Shown here piece by piece: positions 20,392 through 29,064 of a stretch of DNA of 64,000 nt. Numbering within the stretch: the first letter of the stretch is position 1; each line of letters begins with the position of its first letter. A model generated the notes under the pieces. It saw nothing but the letters and a program-made list of their open reading frames with translations. It had not been told where the DNA came from and did no database searches. The translations under genes and the position numbers were made by a program. Source of the stretch: Myxococcota bacterium (GTDB taxonomy: Bacteria; Myxococcota_A; SURF-8; G963663525); NCBI GenBank assembly GCA_963676915.2, contig CAXXVK010000068.1, forward strand, positions 64,001-128,000. Reading direction: 5' to 3'.

Positions 20392-21651
20392 ATGAACGTC
20401 GGTTTTCATTCTTCGATCAGTTATCGATGCTACGACGATTTCGCCGTGTTGCTGGACCGTCACCGGATCGCTCGCCTCAATACCTCGGCGGGTAGATTGC
20501 TGGAAACCATCGACCGGGGATGGGAACCGGAAACGAAAGACGAAAAAGCTTTCGTCCAAGCTCTCGAAAAAGCGGGATTTTTACGGGATTCCGAAAAGTG
20601 TCTTTCGAAGGCATCTTCGCAAACCGGCCTTTGGGACGAGAGCGGAGTGTACGACGAACTCAATCGCTGGGCTTCTCGAAACCTTGTCCCTTTGCATGTG
20701 CATCTCGAATTGACCTGGCGTTGTGCACTGCGTTGTCGGCACTGCTATCTGGAGGGACTCGAACGCCGCCCCAAGGAAGAACTGACGCTGGTGGAAATCG
20801 AGCGATTTTTGCTGGAAGCGCGTAATTTAGGCGCACTTTTCCTGACGTTGAGTGGTGGCGAGCCGTTTATGCGCGATGATGTTGAGCAGATTGTGGAAAT
20901 GGCGCGAGGGTTGCGGTTTTCCGTGGCCCTGCTGACATCCGGTTTTAGAACGCAAAAGAAAACGTTGGAGCGTTTTGCAGCGCTGGGACTGGATGGTCTT
21001 CAGGTGTCCCTATACGGTGCCGATGCCGCTTTGCACGATGGATTCACACGGCGCGATGGAGCGTTCGAGAAAGCCTGGAACACTTTGACGACCGCCAAAG
21101 AGCTTGGGTTGTCGGTACGGGTGGCGGTGGCTGTTACTCGCTGGAACCTTCACGGGATCGGCGCGTTGGTCCAAAAACTGAACGATGCGGACATCCCCTG
21201 GAATCCGGTGATGAACCTGTTTCCTCGTCGTGTGGATGGTCTGCTTCCCGAAAATTTGCAATTGGACGAAGCCCAGTTGAGAGAAAGTATGAAACTTCTG
21301 CCCGAGCGCAAACGCTTTCGTATGAGCGAACTTCGTCTCGACGATCCGCCGTGCAATGCGGGACGATCCATGGTGGCGGTCGGTCCCTATGGTGACGTTT
21401 TTCCCTGTACGACGTGGCCGCAGCAGGTCGGAAACCTTCGGGAAACGTCGTTCGAAGAACTGTGGAAAAACGCTCCGGTTCTGCGTGAAATGCGGAAATG
21501 GATGCTTTCCGACCTGAAAGACTGCCCGGACTGCTCTTATCGCTCTGCCTGCAACCGATGTCCCGGATTCTCAATGCTGACTGGATACGGATTTAATGGC
21601 CATTCTCCTCTTGACTGCTTTCAGGCAAAGGAGTATGGTGAAATTAAATAG
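20392..21651 (+). CDS. radical SAM/SPASM protein with N-terminal RRE(PqqD)-like domain, putative peptide maturase
   Basis: CALRCRHC (CxxxCxxC), LSGGEPF, SPASM CNAG...GDVFPC...GNLRETSFEELW...CPDCSYRSACNRCP...C; N-terminal LNTSAGRLLETID...FVQALEKAGFL. Confidence 0.88.
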   Translation: MNVGFHSSISYRCYDDFAVLLDRHRIARLNTSAGRLLETIDRGWEPETKDEKAFVQALEKAGFLRDSEKCLSKASSQTGLWDESGVYDELNRWASRNLVPLHVHLELTWRCALRCRHCYLEGLERRPKEELTLVEIERFLLEARNLGALFLTLSGGEPFMRDDVEQIVEMARGLRFSVALLTSGFRTQKKTLERFAALGLDGLQVSLYGADAALHDGFTRRDGAFEKAWNTLTTAKELGLSVRVAVAVTRWNLHGIGALVQKLNDADIPWNPVMNLFPRRVDGLLPENLQLDEAQLRESMKLLPERKRFRMSELRLDDPPCNAGRSMVAVGPYGDVFPCTTWPQQVGNLRETSFEELWKNAPVLREMRKWMLSDLKDCPDCSYRSACNRCPGFSMLTGYGFNGHSPLDCFQAKEYGEIK

Positions 21652-21684
21652 GAACTAGTCCGTAGTCTAGGAGGTTTATGAAAG

Positions 21685-21828
21685 ATGGAATCGCAACGCG
21701 AACTCGAAATCCTTGAACGGGAAACCACCAACGACAACGAAGCCCCTTGCATCGAGGCGATCGAGACAATGAACGTCGATCAAAACGGCGATGATTGTGC
21801 CTATTGTGCAGGGCGTCCAAGCTGCTGA
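21685..21828 (+). CDS. 47-aa acidic Cys-rich peptide, putative RiPP precursor (not in ORF track)
   Basis: MESQRELEILERETTNDNEAPCIEAIETMNVDQNGDDCAYCAGRPSC; GGAGG 10 nt upstream; 33 bp after the rSAM stop; followed by a hairpin plus T tract. Confidence 0.75.
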   Translation: MESQRELEILERETTNDNEAPCIEAIETMNVDQNGDDCAYCAGRPSC

Positions 21829-21850
21829 ATAAATCCCAAGTGCTGTTTTT

Positions 21851-21881
21851 CGTGCAATAAGGCGACTTGTTGCGCGTTTTT
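21851..21881 (+). terminator. hairpin plus T tract after the peptide gene
   Basis: CGTGCAATAAG-GCGA-CTTGTTGCGCG-TTTTT (11 bp including G-U pairs). Confidence 0.6.
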
Positions 21882-22083
21882 CTATTGTTCTGCAAAAACA
21901 CGTACAAATTCTTATAGAATAAATGTCGTTTGGTTTTAACGATAGAGAACCGAAGCGAAGGGGCGCGGGTTCGCTTGCCCGTAAACGAAATATACTTATG
22001 GGTAACCTGTGGTTGATCTATGGTGTACATCGAATAACAATGATTTAAAGAAAATGACAACGGTTTTAATGTAGTGGGCTATT

Positions 22084-22860
22084 TTAATTTTTCCAAATGC
22101 CTACTCCCACGTAATGGGATATGTTGTTACTCTGATCATATAATGACAGGCTATTGGTTGTTCCAATACGCGGAACGTTGCATTTTTTCAGTTCATAGAA
22201 GCTATTCTTTGCAAGTCCGCTTTCGGCAACTACAGTAACCAGATATTCTTGTCCATCGGGGCAGGGATATTCCTCATACTCACGGAAAGCGTCCTTTCCC
22301 GTCAGGTCATAGTTCTTGGTAAGTTCGGAATATTCGCCACGATTACTAATGATTAAGGTAATTTTGCGCTCCAGATTGTTTGGGGAGGAGGGAATTTGCG
22401 ACCAAGCTACACATAAGTCCAATCTGTTCGTCATCACGGAATCGTTTTCCGGTGGTTCCGGTGTGTAATCGGGGTCCAACGTCACGGTAGCGGTGAGCGG
22501 ATCGCTTTCCCGACCTTTGGCATCTACAGCGATGATCGTAAAGCTGTTGTCCCCTTCTTCCAGAGAAATCTCGCTCGTCCAAAGAAAGAAATCCTCCAAA
22601 ATGCTTTCTCCGGCTTCAGCCGGTACACCGTTGACCCTGACCTCCGTGGACAGATAAGCCGCGCCGGAAAGCGTATAGCTGCTTTCTGCCGTGATGAAGG
22701 CTTCCTCTTCCAAATTATCCACCCAAACCTGCACAACCCCTTCGTTTTTTTCGGAGTCGCCTTCGTCATCTGCGCAGCCCGAGAGGGAAAAGAGCAGGAA
22801 AAAGAGTGCCAGCAAGATAAAAAGGAGTTTTCGAGTCGGTTTCAAGGGTACCTCCTCCAT
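22084..22860 (-). CDS. lipoprotein with Ig-like domain and unknown C-terminal domain
   Basis: Lipobox LSGC; EVRVNG...ISLEEGDNSFTIIAVDAKG Ig-like pattern; true start may be TTG at 22845. Confidence 0.7.
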   Translation of the reverse strand: MEEVPLKPTRKLLFILLALFFLLFSLSGCADDEGDSEKNEGVVQVWVDNLEEEAFITAESSYTLSGAAYLSTEVRVNGVPAEAGESILEDFFLWTSEISLEEGDNSFTIIAVDAKGRESDPLTATVTLDPDYTPEPPENDSVMTNRLDLCVAWSQIPSSPNNLERKITLIISNRGEYSELTKNYDLTGKDAFREYEEYPCPDGQEYLVTVVAESGLAKNSFYELKKCNVPRIGTTNSLSLYDQSNNISHYVGVGIWKN

Positions 22861-23029
22861 GTTTCCGTATAAATGGATAGATTTTGGCTAAAGAGTATAT
22901 CAGTTTTGAAAATTCTTGTCCAAGAAGAGTCTTTTGGTCAGAGTTTTAGTCGTAATTTTACACGTGGGAAAATCGGTATTTCAAACGGAAAACGTGGAGG
23001 AAAACGCAGGCCGGGTGATTTTACCTGCG

Positions 23030-23064
23030 AAAAAAAAACCGGACACGTTTTCTGTCCGGTTTTT
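23030..23064 (-). terminator. intrinsic terminator after the LRR gene (likely bidirectional)
   Basis: A tract, CCGGACA, loop, TGTCCGG, T tract. Confidence 0.7.
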
Positions 23065-23089
23065 CAGTTCGTAGATTGTTTCCTTGGAA

Positions 23090-24130
23090 CTACGGTTCCT
23101 CTTCGATCTTGATGTCAGGGTGGGCTTTTTTGAAAGCCGCCAGTTCCTTTTCATCCACTACCGTGTCGATCAGCCAGACCTTTTTCAGATTTTTCAACTG
23201 ATCCAAGGGTTTCAGAGATGCGAAGGTCGCGCCCGAGAGATCCAACTCCGTCAGCTTGTTCAGGTCTTTCAATAGGTTGAGATCCCCGATGGGCAATCCC
23301 CACAGCTTGAGCGTTTCGAGATTGCGGAAACGTTTCAACTCGCCGAAATCTCTCCATAAAACATTGCAGATGTCCAGATAGGTCAGACGCTCGGCGACCG
23401 GATAGAGCGGCGAGAGATCCTCGACCTTGGTGGAACAGATGAGAATCTCTTTCATTTTCTCGATACGAGCCAGCGGTGAAATATCTTGGATGGGGGTGCC
23501 GAGCAGGTCGATTTTTTCGAGGGACGCCATTTTTTCAAGAGGGCGGGCATCGATAATTTTCGTGGTGCGGGCGTTGATTTCCTTGAGTTTGTCCAACCCG
23601 ACCAGGGGAGACAGATCCGCAATGGAGGTTCCCCAGATACTGAGAAATTCTAGATTTTTCAGGTTTTTCAACGGAGTGGCGTCTTTGATTTCCAGCGAAA
23701 AACGAATGTCCAGCCTTTTAAGCTGCGTCAGCTTCTCGAACGGTTTCAAGTCTTTCATCGGCAACCAGGCCACCAACATGTCGTCCAGGTGGGTGCATTG
23801 GGCAATAATGGACGGATCGACGGTCTTCATTTTTTTCGGGGTTTCGGTGAACCATGTTTCCCCTTTTTCCGGGTTGGCCATCCACCATTCGCGCCATTCC
23901 TGTTTTCCCCAAGGCGGCTCGAAGATTTTGCAGGCGGTCACGGCATCGACGGCCGGTTGATCTTTTGCCGGTTGGGTTTCTTTTTTCACCTCTTTTGTTG
24001 CGACAATTTCCTTCTTTGGCGCTTTTTTTACGGATTTTTCCGCTGTTTCGGTAGCGGTTTCACAGCCGCAAAAAGACAGAAGAAACAGAAGACCCACTAA
24101 GCTTGAAATCCATCCGATGCTCTGCCGCAT
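23090..24130 (-). CDS. leucine-rich repeat (internalin-like) probable lipoprotein
   Basis: About nine 22-aa repeats of the form LxxLxxLxxLxIxxTxIxDLSPL; signal peptide with Cys (FCGC). Confidence 0.85.
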   Translation of the reverse strand: MRQSIGWISSLVGLLFLLSFCGCETATETAEKSVKKAPKKEIVATKEVKKETQPAKDQPAVDAVTACKIFEPPWGKQEWREWWMANPEKGETWFTETPKKMKTVDPSIIAQCTHLDDMLVAWLPMKDLKPFEKLTQLKRLDIRFSLEIKDATPLKNLKNLEFLSIWGTSIADLSPLVGLDKLKEINARTTKIIDARPLEKMASLEKIDLLGTPIQDISPLARIEKMKEILICSTKVEDLSPLYPVAERLTYLDICNVLWRDFGELKRFRNLETLKLWGLPIGDLNLLKDLNKLTELDLSGATFASLKPLDQLKNLKKVWLIDTVVDEKELAAFKKAHPDIKIEEEP

Positions 24131-24185
24131 GTTTTCCACCTTTCGTTTGATGACTCGAATTGGCTTCGTTTGGGGTTCTTTGGCG

Positions 24186-24806
24186 TTATCCTATCACTTC
24201 TTTCAGGTTCAGACGGAATAGATACTCCACGCCGTCGCTCGTCTGCTTGCTTTCGATGAAAAACCGTCCCTTGAGTTTGAGGACGATAACGCTTCGGTAC
24301 AACTCTTCCCGATCGACCTTGAAGGGTTCACCTTCGGTTTGCACGTAGATCAAATCGGCCAGCGTGGGAGGATTGCAGAACACACAACCCGCCATCACCA
24401 CTTTGGGATTGGCCAGCCAGAAACGTTTCATTTCACCGTCCGGTCCGGGAGAATCGATGGGCATGATTGCGCCGGAAACCTCTACTGCCGCACCGTGGAA
24501 TAGAGGAAGACCGTCGCCGGAGAATGCCTTGTGCTTCCTGTAATACCGGTATTCTTTCGTCAGGACACGAAAGGTCAGCGTCTTGGGGGCGTCCCAGTTT
24601 GCCGGTTCGAGTTGCAGACCGGAAAGCTTGGTCATTTTGCTCGTTCCTTTGGCCCGGACGACATCCCCGACACCATGTTGTTTTTCGGTGGTTGGAGAAG
24701 GGAGGGCGGACGAATCGGATTTTGTAGGATCGGAAACGGATTCACAGGAGACGAAACAGAAAACCGTAAACAGCGACAGCAGCAACCACGAGAAAATTCG
24801 GTTCAT
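24186..24806 (-). CDS. lipoprotein, DUF3299-like OB-fold family (tentative)
   Basis: Lipobox FVSC; VEVSGAIMP...FWL...GCVFCNPP...IYV pattern; start at MNRIF behind GAGG. Confidence 0.55.
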   Translation of the reverse strand: MNRIFSWLLLSLFTVFCFVSCESVSDPTKSDSSALPSPTTEKQHGVGDVVRAKGTSKMTKLSGLQLEPANWDAPKTLTFRVLTKEYRYYRKHKAFSGDGLPLFHGAAVEVSGAIMPIDSPGPDGEMKRFWLANPKVVMAGCVFCNPPTLADLIYVQTEGEPFKVDREELYRSVIVLKLKGRFFIESKQTSDGVEYLFRLNLKEVIG

Positions 24807-25015
24807 TTCGGTCCTCAAACCCACATGGAAATTCCTAAAGGTGCACAACTCTAAGAACTTAGTTCTATTTCGATGGATTGACAAACATAATCCGGGAAAA
24901 AGATTACGATGCATTCGCGAACGTGCAAAAAACCGCTTTTTCATCTTGACGATCCATTGTTTCATGATACCTCTACGGTTTCTCAGGTTTTTGAATGGAC
25001 TCGAGGCAGGAACCT

Positions 25016-26013
25016 ATGATCGATTTACACGCGCCACTTACGATTCGCAACGTGACGATTCCCAACCGGCTGTTTCTCGCACCGGTGGACAGCGTGTTCG
25101 ATCCTCCTTTTCGACGCACTTTGAAGCGAATCGGCAAGGTTGGCGTGACCTACAGCGAGGTTATCAACGCAACGGGTTTGTTTCATCGTGCGAAAAAGGC
25201 CCACCGGAAATCCCTGCGATTTCCCGATGAAGCTCCTTATGCGATTCAGCTTTCCGATTACCAGCCCGACGTGCTCGCCGATATGGCTGCACGCTTGCAA
25301 GATGAGAAATCCTGTGAATTCGTGGACTTGAATCTCGGTTGTCCCGCTCGTCGCACGGTCAACAGCCAATCGGGAGCATCGCTGCTGTTGCATCCCGACC
25401 GTATACAGGCCATCGTTGCGGCAATGCGAAACGTGTTGGATATTCCCCTGACCGCGAAAATCCGTATCGGCTGGGATGCGGAGCGTATCAACGGTGTTGA
25501 AGTGGTGAAAATTCTGGAAGGGGAGGGCGTCGATCTGGTGACGGTGCATGGCCGCACGCGTACGCAGGCATACGGTGGAACCTCGAATTGGGAGTACATT
25601 GGCAAGGTCAAGCAGGCTGTGAGTATTCCTGTGATTGCCAACGGGGATGCCGTGGACTGGGCCAGTGCGAAAAAAATGCTGGAAGTTACGGGGGCGGATG
25701 GCGTGATGGTGGCTCGTGCGGCTTTTGGAGATCCCTGGGCATTGAGGCGAATCTACGAGATGGACGACACGATTCGGCCCACCCCTGATGAAGTATTGGA
25801 AACGATGCTGGACCATCTGGATTTTCAATTGGATTTCTTTGCAGACGAGGAGAAGTCCCTGCCGCCGTTTCGGAAACATCTGCTTTGGTACGTCAAAGGC
25901 TATCCCGGAGCCGAAAATACCGCAAAGAGGTCGTGTGGATCGACAACCGCGACGAACTGGTGGATTATCTGAAAAATTATTTCGCGAACCTCCCGGAAGA
26001 AGCAAATTCTTGA
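25016..26013 (+). CDS. dusB: tRNA-dihydrouridine synthase (DusB-like), frameshifted near 25912
   Basis: FLAP, DLNLGCP, KIRIGWD, VHGRT, PVIANGD, DGVMVAR, RKHLLWY; the C-terminus continues in another frame to TGA 26013. Confidence 0.85.
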
Positions 26014-26080
26014 AAATCGGTCTTGCAAGAATCTCTTTCTATTTGAAATAACTTGAGATTAGCCCAAAGCGTTAAACTTT

Positions 26081-26108
26081 TTGACAACATAGGGCCATGT
26101 GATAAACT
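26081..26108 (+). promoter_or_regulatory. putative sigma70 promoter
   Basis: TTGACA followed by TGnTAAACT extended -10. Confidence 0.45.
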
Positions 26109-26470
26109 ATGGGAGATTCTGTCGGAAACTAACGGTCGTGAAATGATAGTGAAATAAAAATCAGGTCTTTTTCACGATGTGCAATGCTTTTCCGTGATTT
26201 CGTATGAAACGGAACCGGAGAGTGAGAAGAGGTTTGAAAAAATCAAAGTTTTCGTATGAATTTACCGGAAAGATGCCCTATTCATCTGGGTCGAACGAAT
26301 GAAACCGTAAGGTCGTTGTATTCCGTAGCAACGGAAAACGATCGGAAAACAAGGATTCGCCTTGTCGTGAGAATCGGGGCGAGGGGGATCGTTTGCAAAA
26401 GACGGTTGATGCTTTGCTGGATTCGGATCGACAGGCAAACAAGCGTTTTCTCATCGATGGAGTATTCTTC

Positions 26471-27349
26471 ATGAGGGTTCGGCGAATTGCTTCAATTTTA
26501 AGCATATTACTGTTTTTGTTGCCCTTCTCTATCGGCAATGCCGCCATGGTGGAAGGATCTCTGGTGTACGAGGAAATGACATTGCAGGAGTCCGACATTG
26601 CCTGCCCGTTTTTATTTTCTCACATGCCCGTCAATCGAAACTGTGAAACGGTGGTGGCTTTGGATGCCGGGGATGTGGGCAAACTCAAACCTCGTGAAGT
26701 TTTCGTTCGCCTTTCCGATATGAGTTTCGAAAACACGGTGACGCCTTTACCGGCGAACAGTCTCGTGACATTTTCCAATCAAACACCCAACAATCTCACG
26801 TTGCTGATTTCCAGATATCAGGAAGACCGTCGCGCAGGGGATGTCGTAGAGCGATTGGAAGTCAAAGCCAACAAGACCGTTTCGTGGAAAGCGATCGAGG
26901 GAGAGTTTCTGGTGCGAACCAAGGAATTTTCTCATCTTCAGACCAGTCTTCTCGTTCTTACTCACGGTCCGTATTCTTTCGTCAAAGACAGCACCGAGTT
27001 CAAGTTTGCCGACATCGAAGCAGCCAGTTACATCGTGCGTTTTTGGACTCGTTGTAGCGGGTGGCAAGATGGTGACGCGATCTTTTTCTACGACAAGGAC
27101 GAGTATTCGGTGAAGGCAATCTTCTCCCCGGAACATAAGTTGACTTCTTTCGAGAAAAAGCGGACCAAAGCGGATTACGGGGAAGGGGAGCAAAATCTCG
27201 ACGAGATGTTCGTTCCCAATTTCGTTCCTCCACCTCCACGTCGGAATCGTGAGGTGCCGGAACCGAAACAGCCGGTTGTACCCGAACCACCCAAACGAAA
27301 AAAGCCGAAACCCGGAATGTTTAAAATTACACCGGTGAAAAACGATTAA
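26471..27349 (+). CDS. hypothetical secreted beta-sandwich protein with Pro/Lys-rich tail
   Basis: GGAG RBS, signal peptide, beta-rich core; 15 bp upstream of the next gene. Confidence 0.7.
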   Translation: MRVRRIASILSILLFLLPFSIGNAAMVEGSLVYEEMTLQESDIACPFLFSHMPVNRNCETVVALDAGDVGKLKPREVFVRLSDMSFENTVTPLPANSLVTFSNQTPNNLTLLISRYQEDRRAGDVVERLEVKANKTVSWKAIEGEFLVRTKEFSHLQTSLLVLTHGPYSFVKDSTEFKFADIEAASYIVRFWTRCSGWQDGDAIFFYDKDEYSVKAIFSPEHKLTSFEKKRTKADYGEGEQNLDEMFVPNFVPPPPRRNREVPEPKQPVVPEPPKRKKPKPGMFKITPVKND

Positions 27350-27364
27350 GCCAGCGGAGTTGAC

Positions 27365-29050
27365 ATGTTAAAAATCAGACTGATGCTCATCTTGGTGGTG
27401 GTGATTTTGATTGCGGGACTCGGAAGTTATTTCCTGTTGAGCCGAAACAATACGGAAACCATCCACGAGCAGATGAAGGAAACTTCGAGAATTGCGGTGC
27501 AATTCCTGCAACTTGAAGTGTCTTCCAGAATGCAGAAAACCACCCATCAACTGCTGGGACTTTCCAACAAAACGGAAATCAAGCAGTTTTTCAGAGCGTC
27601 GCAGCCTGTATCGCCTGGGGGGATTTCTCCTGCGCCGCCATCCATGAAAACGTTGGCGGATTTATGGAAAAACATGTCCCTGGATCTAATCTGGCTGATC
27701 GATAGCGAAGGGAAGATCCTTTATTCCTCGGGTGACGAGAAAGAAAAAGGCGAGTCCGTCTCTGGAATTCCAATCGTAGAAAAAGCTTTGAAAGGTGAAT
27801 ACGCCAACAGTACCAGTATTTTCAAGAACGTGCTGTTTACCCTTTCTGCCGTTCCGGTCTTTTCGGCGACCCAGGAACCGTTGGGTGTGTTGTTTGCCGG
27901 GAACAGCTTTACAGCGGCATGGCTACGAGACCGAAGCAAGCGCTTGGATACCCATTTGGCGCTGTTTTCGGAAAACTCCATTCGTTACCATACGTTGGAC
28001 ACGTTTTCTGCCAATCAGATCGGCATGTTGCTGAAGAAGGAAAAATTCGGTCAATTCAAGGATAATGTCAGTGCTTTCATGAAGGAATACGATGCGGGGA
28101 GCACGGTCAATATCCTCGGAATCGTGCCGTTCGGCGGTGAATTGCAGGATTATAACGTCGGTTTGATCGTTCACGACAAGCATGAAATTCTCGAGTTCCT
28201 GCCGTTTACCAACCCCAACGTTCAAGCCATCGCTTTGGGTGCGCTTGCATTGTTTGTTTTCGGTTTTCTCATCAGCCTCTGGATTCCTTTGAGTTTCAAA
28301 TCCCAAAGTCGTAAACTGGCAGGTCAGATTGCAACCAATCTTTCCTATTCCGCTGAGGGAAGTCAGAAGGATTTCGATAAGTATATCAATGAGTTGAAAC
28401 CCATTATTGAAACTATCATGCAGTATCTGGCACAGGACCGAAAGCGTTCGGAACTGACTCGAGAAACGTTGGGAATCGGGAACAACCTCACCGAACGTCT
28501 ATTGGCCACTGTACCGCGCAAATCCACAAAGGAAATCAAGGAAGCCGTTGCGGAAGGAACTGTAGACACCGCAGCAAGCGGTGGTGTCGGATCGTTAGAC
28601 GAGTTGGATTCCGTCGAGCTTCCCCCGGATAGTGAGAGCAACCCGGAAATTCCGGCGGATACCGTAAGTGAATCTCAAGAGTCCGCTCCGGAAAGCATTG
28701 AAGAAAAAGTCAAGAAAATCAAGAGTTTGTCTTCCAATGCAGCTCCTAGTACAGAAGAGGAGTTAGGGGAAGACGATACGTCCGTAGCCATGACGCAAAC
28801 CATCGCAATCGGTGGCGGGCAGACGATTCCCGACGACGAGGATGTGTATTTCGACCAAGTGTACAATAAATTCCTCGATAAACGGGAGGAATTGGGAGAA
28901 ACCGCCTCGATCAACAAAGAGAAATTCATCGGTTCACTCCGAGCGAATTCCAAGCGGATCAAAGACAAGTTCCTGTGTGAAAAGGTAAAATTCACGGTGT
29001 TCGAAAAAGCCGGTAAGGCTTCGGTAAAAGGCGCTCCCGTTCGAAAGTGA
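27365..29050 (+). CDS. membrane sensor: TM, Cache-like domain, TM, acidic linker, MXAN_5187-like C-domain
   Basis: Two TM helices around LIDSEGKILY...PIVEKALKGE...SAVPV...GVLFAG (dCache-like); C-terminus YNKFLDKREELGE...CEKVKFTVFEKAGKASVK. Confidence 0.7.
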   Translation: MLKIRLMLILVVVILIAGLGSYFLLSRNNTETIHEQMKETSRIAVQFLQLEVSSRMQKTTHQLLGLSNKTEIKQFFRASQPVSPGGISPAPPSMKTLADLWKNMSLDLIWLIDSEGKILYSSGDEKEKGESVSGIPIVEKALKGEYANSTSIFKNVLFTLSAVPVFSATQEPLGVLFAGNSFTAAWLRDRSKRLDTHLALFSENSIRYHTLDTFSANQIGMLLKKEKFGQFKDNVSAFMKEYDAGSTVNILGIVPFGGELQDYNVGLIVHDKHEILEFLPFTNPNVQAIALGALALFVFGFLISLWIPLSFKSQSRKLAGQIATNLSYSAEGSQKDFDKYINELKPIIETIMQYLAQDRKRSELTRETLGIGNNLTERLLATVPRKSTKEIKEAVAEGTVDTAASGGVGSLDELDSVELPPDSESNPEIPADTVSESQESAPESIEEKVKKIKSLSSNAAPSTEEELGEDDTSVAMTQTIAIGGGQTIPDDEDVYFDQVYNKFLDKREELGETASINKEKFIGSLRANSKRIKDKFLCEKVKFTVFEKAGKASVKGAPVRK

Positions 29051-29064
29051 CCGGCTTTTGGCGA

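Noticed and set aside
21678-21716. Alternative 12-codon ORF (MKDGIATRTRNP) overlapping the peptide start
   Set aside because: Its ATG is only 3 nt from the GGAGG; the ATG at 21685 has normal spacing and gives a longer, precursor-like product
21644-22060. 138-aa minus-strand ORF over the peptide locus
   Set aside because: No clear RBS or recognisable composition; overlaps the better-supported plus-strand peptide gene and its terminator
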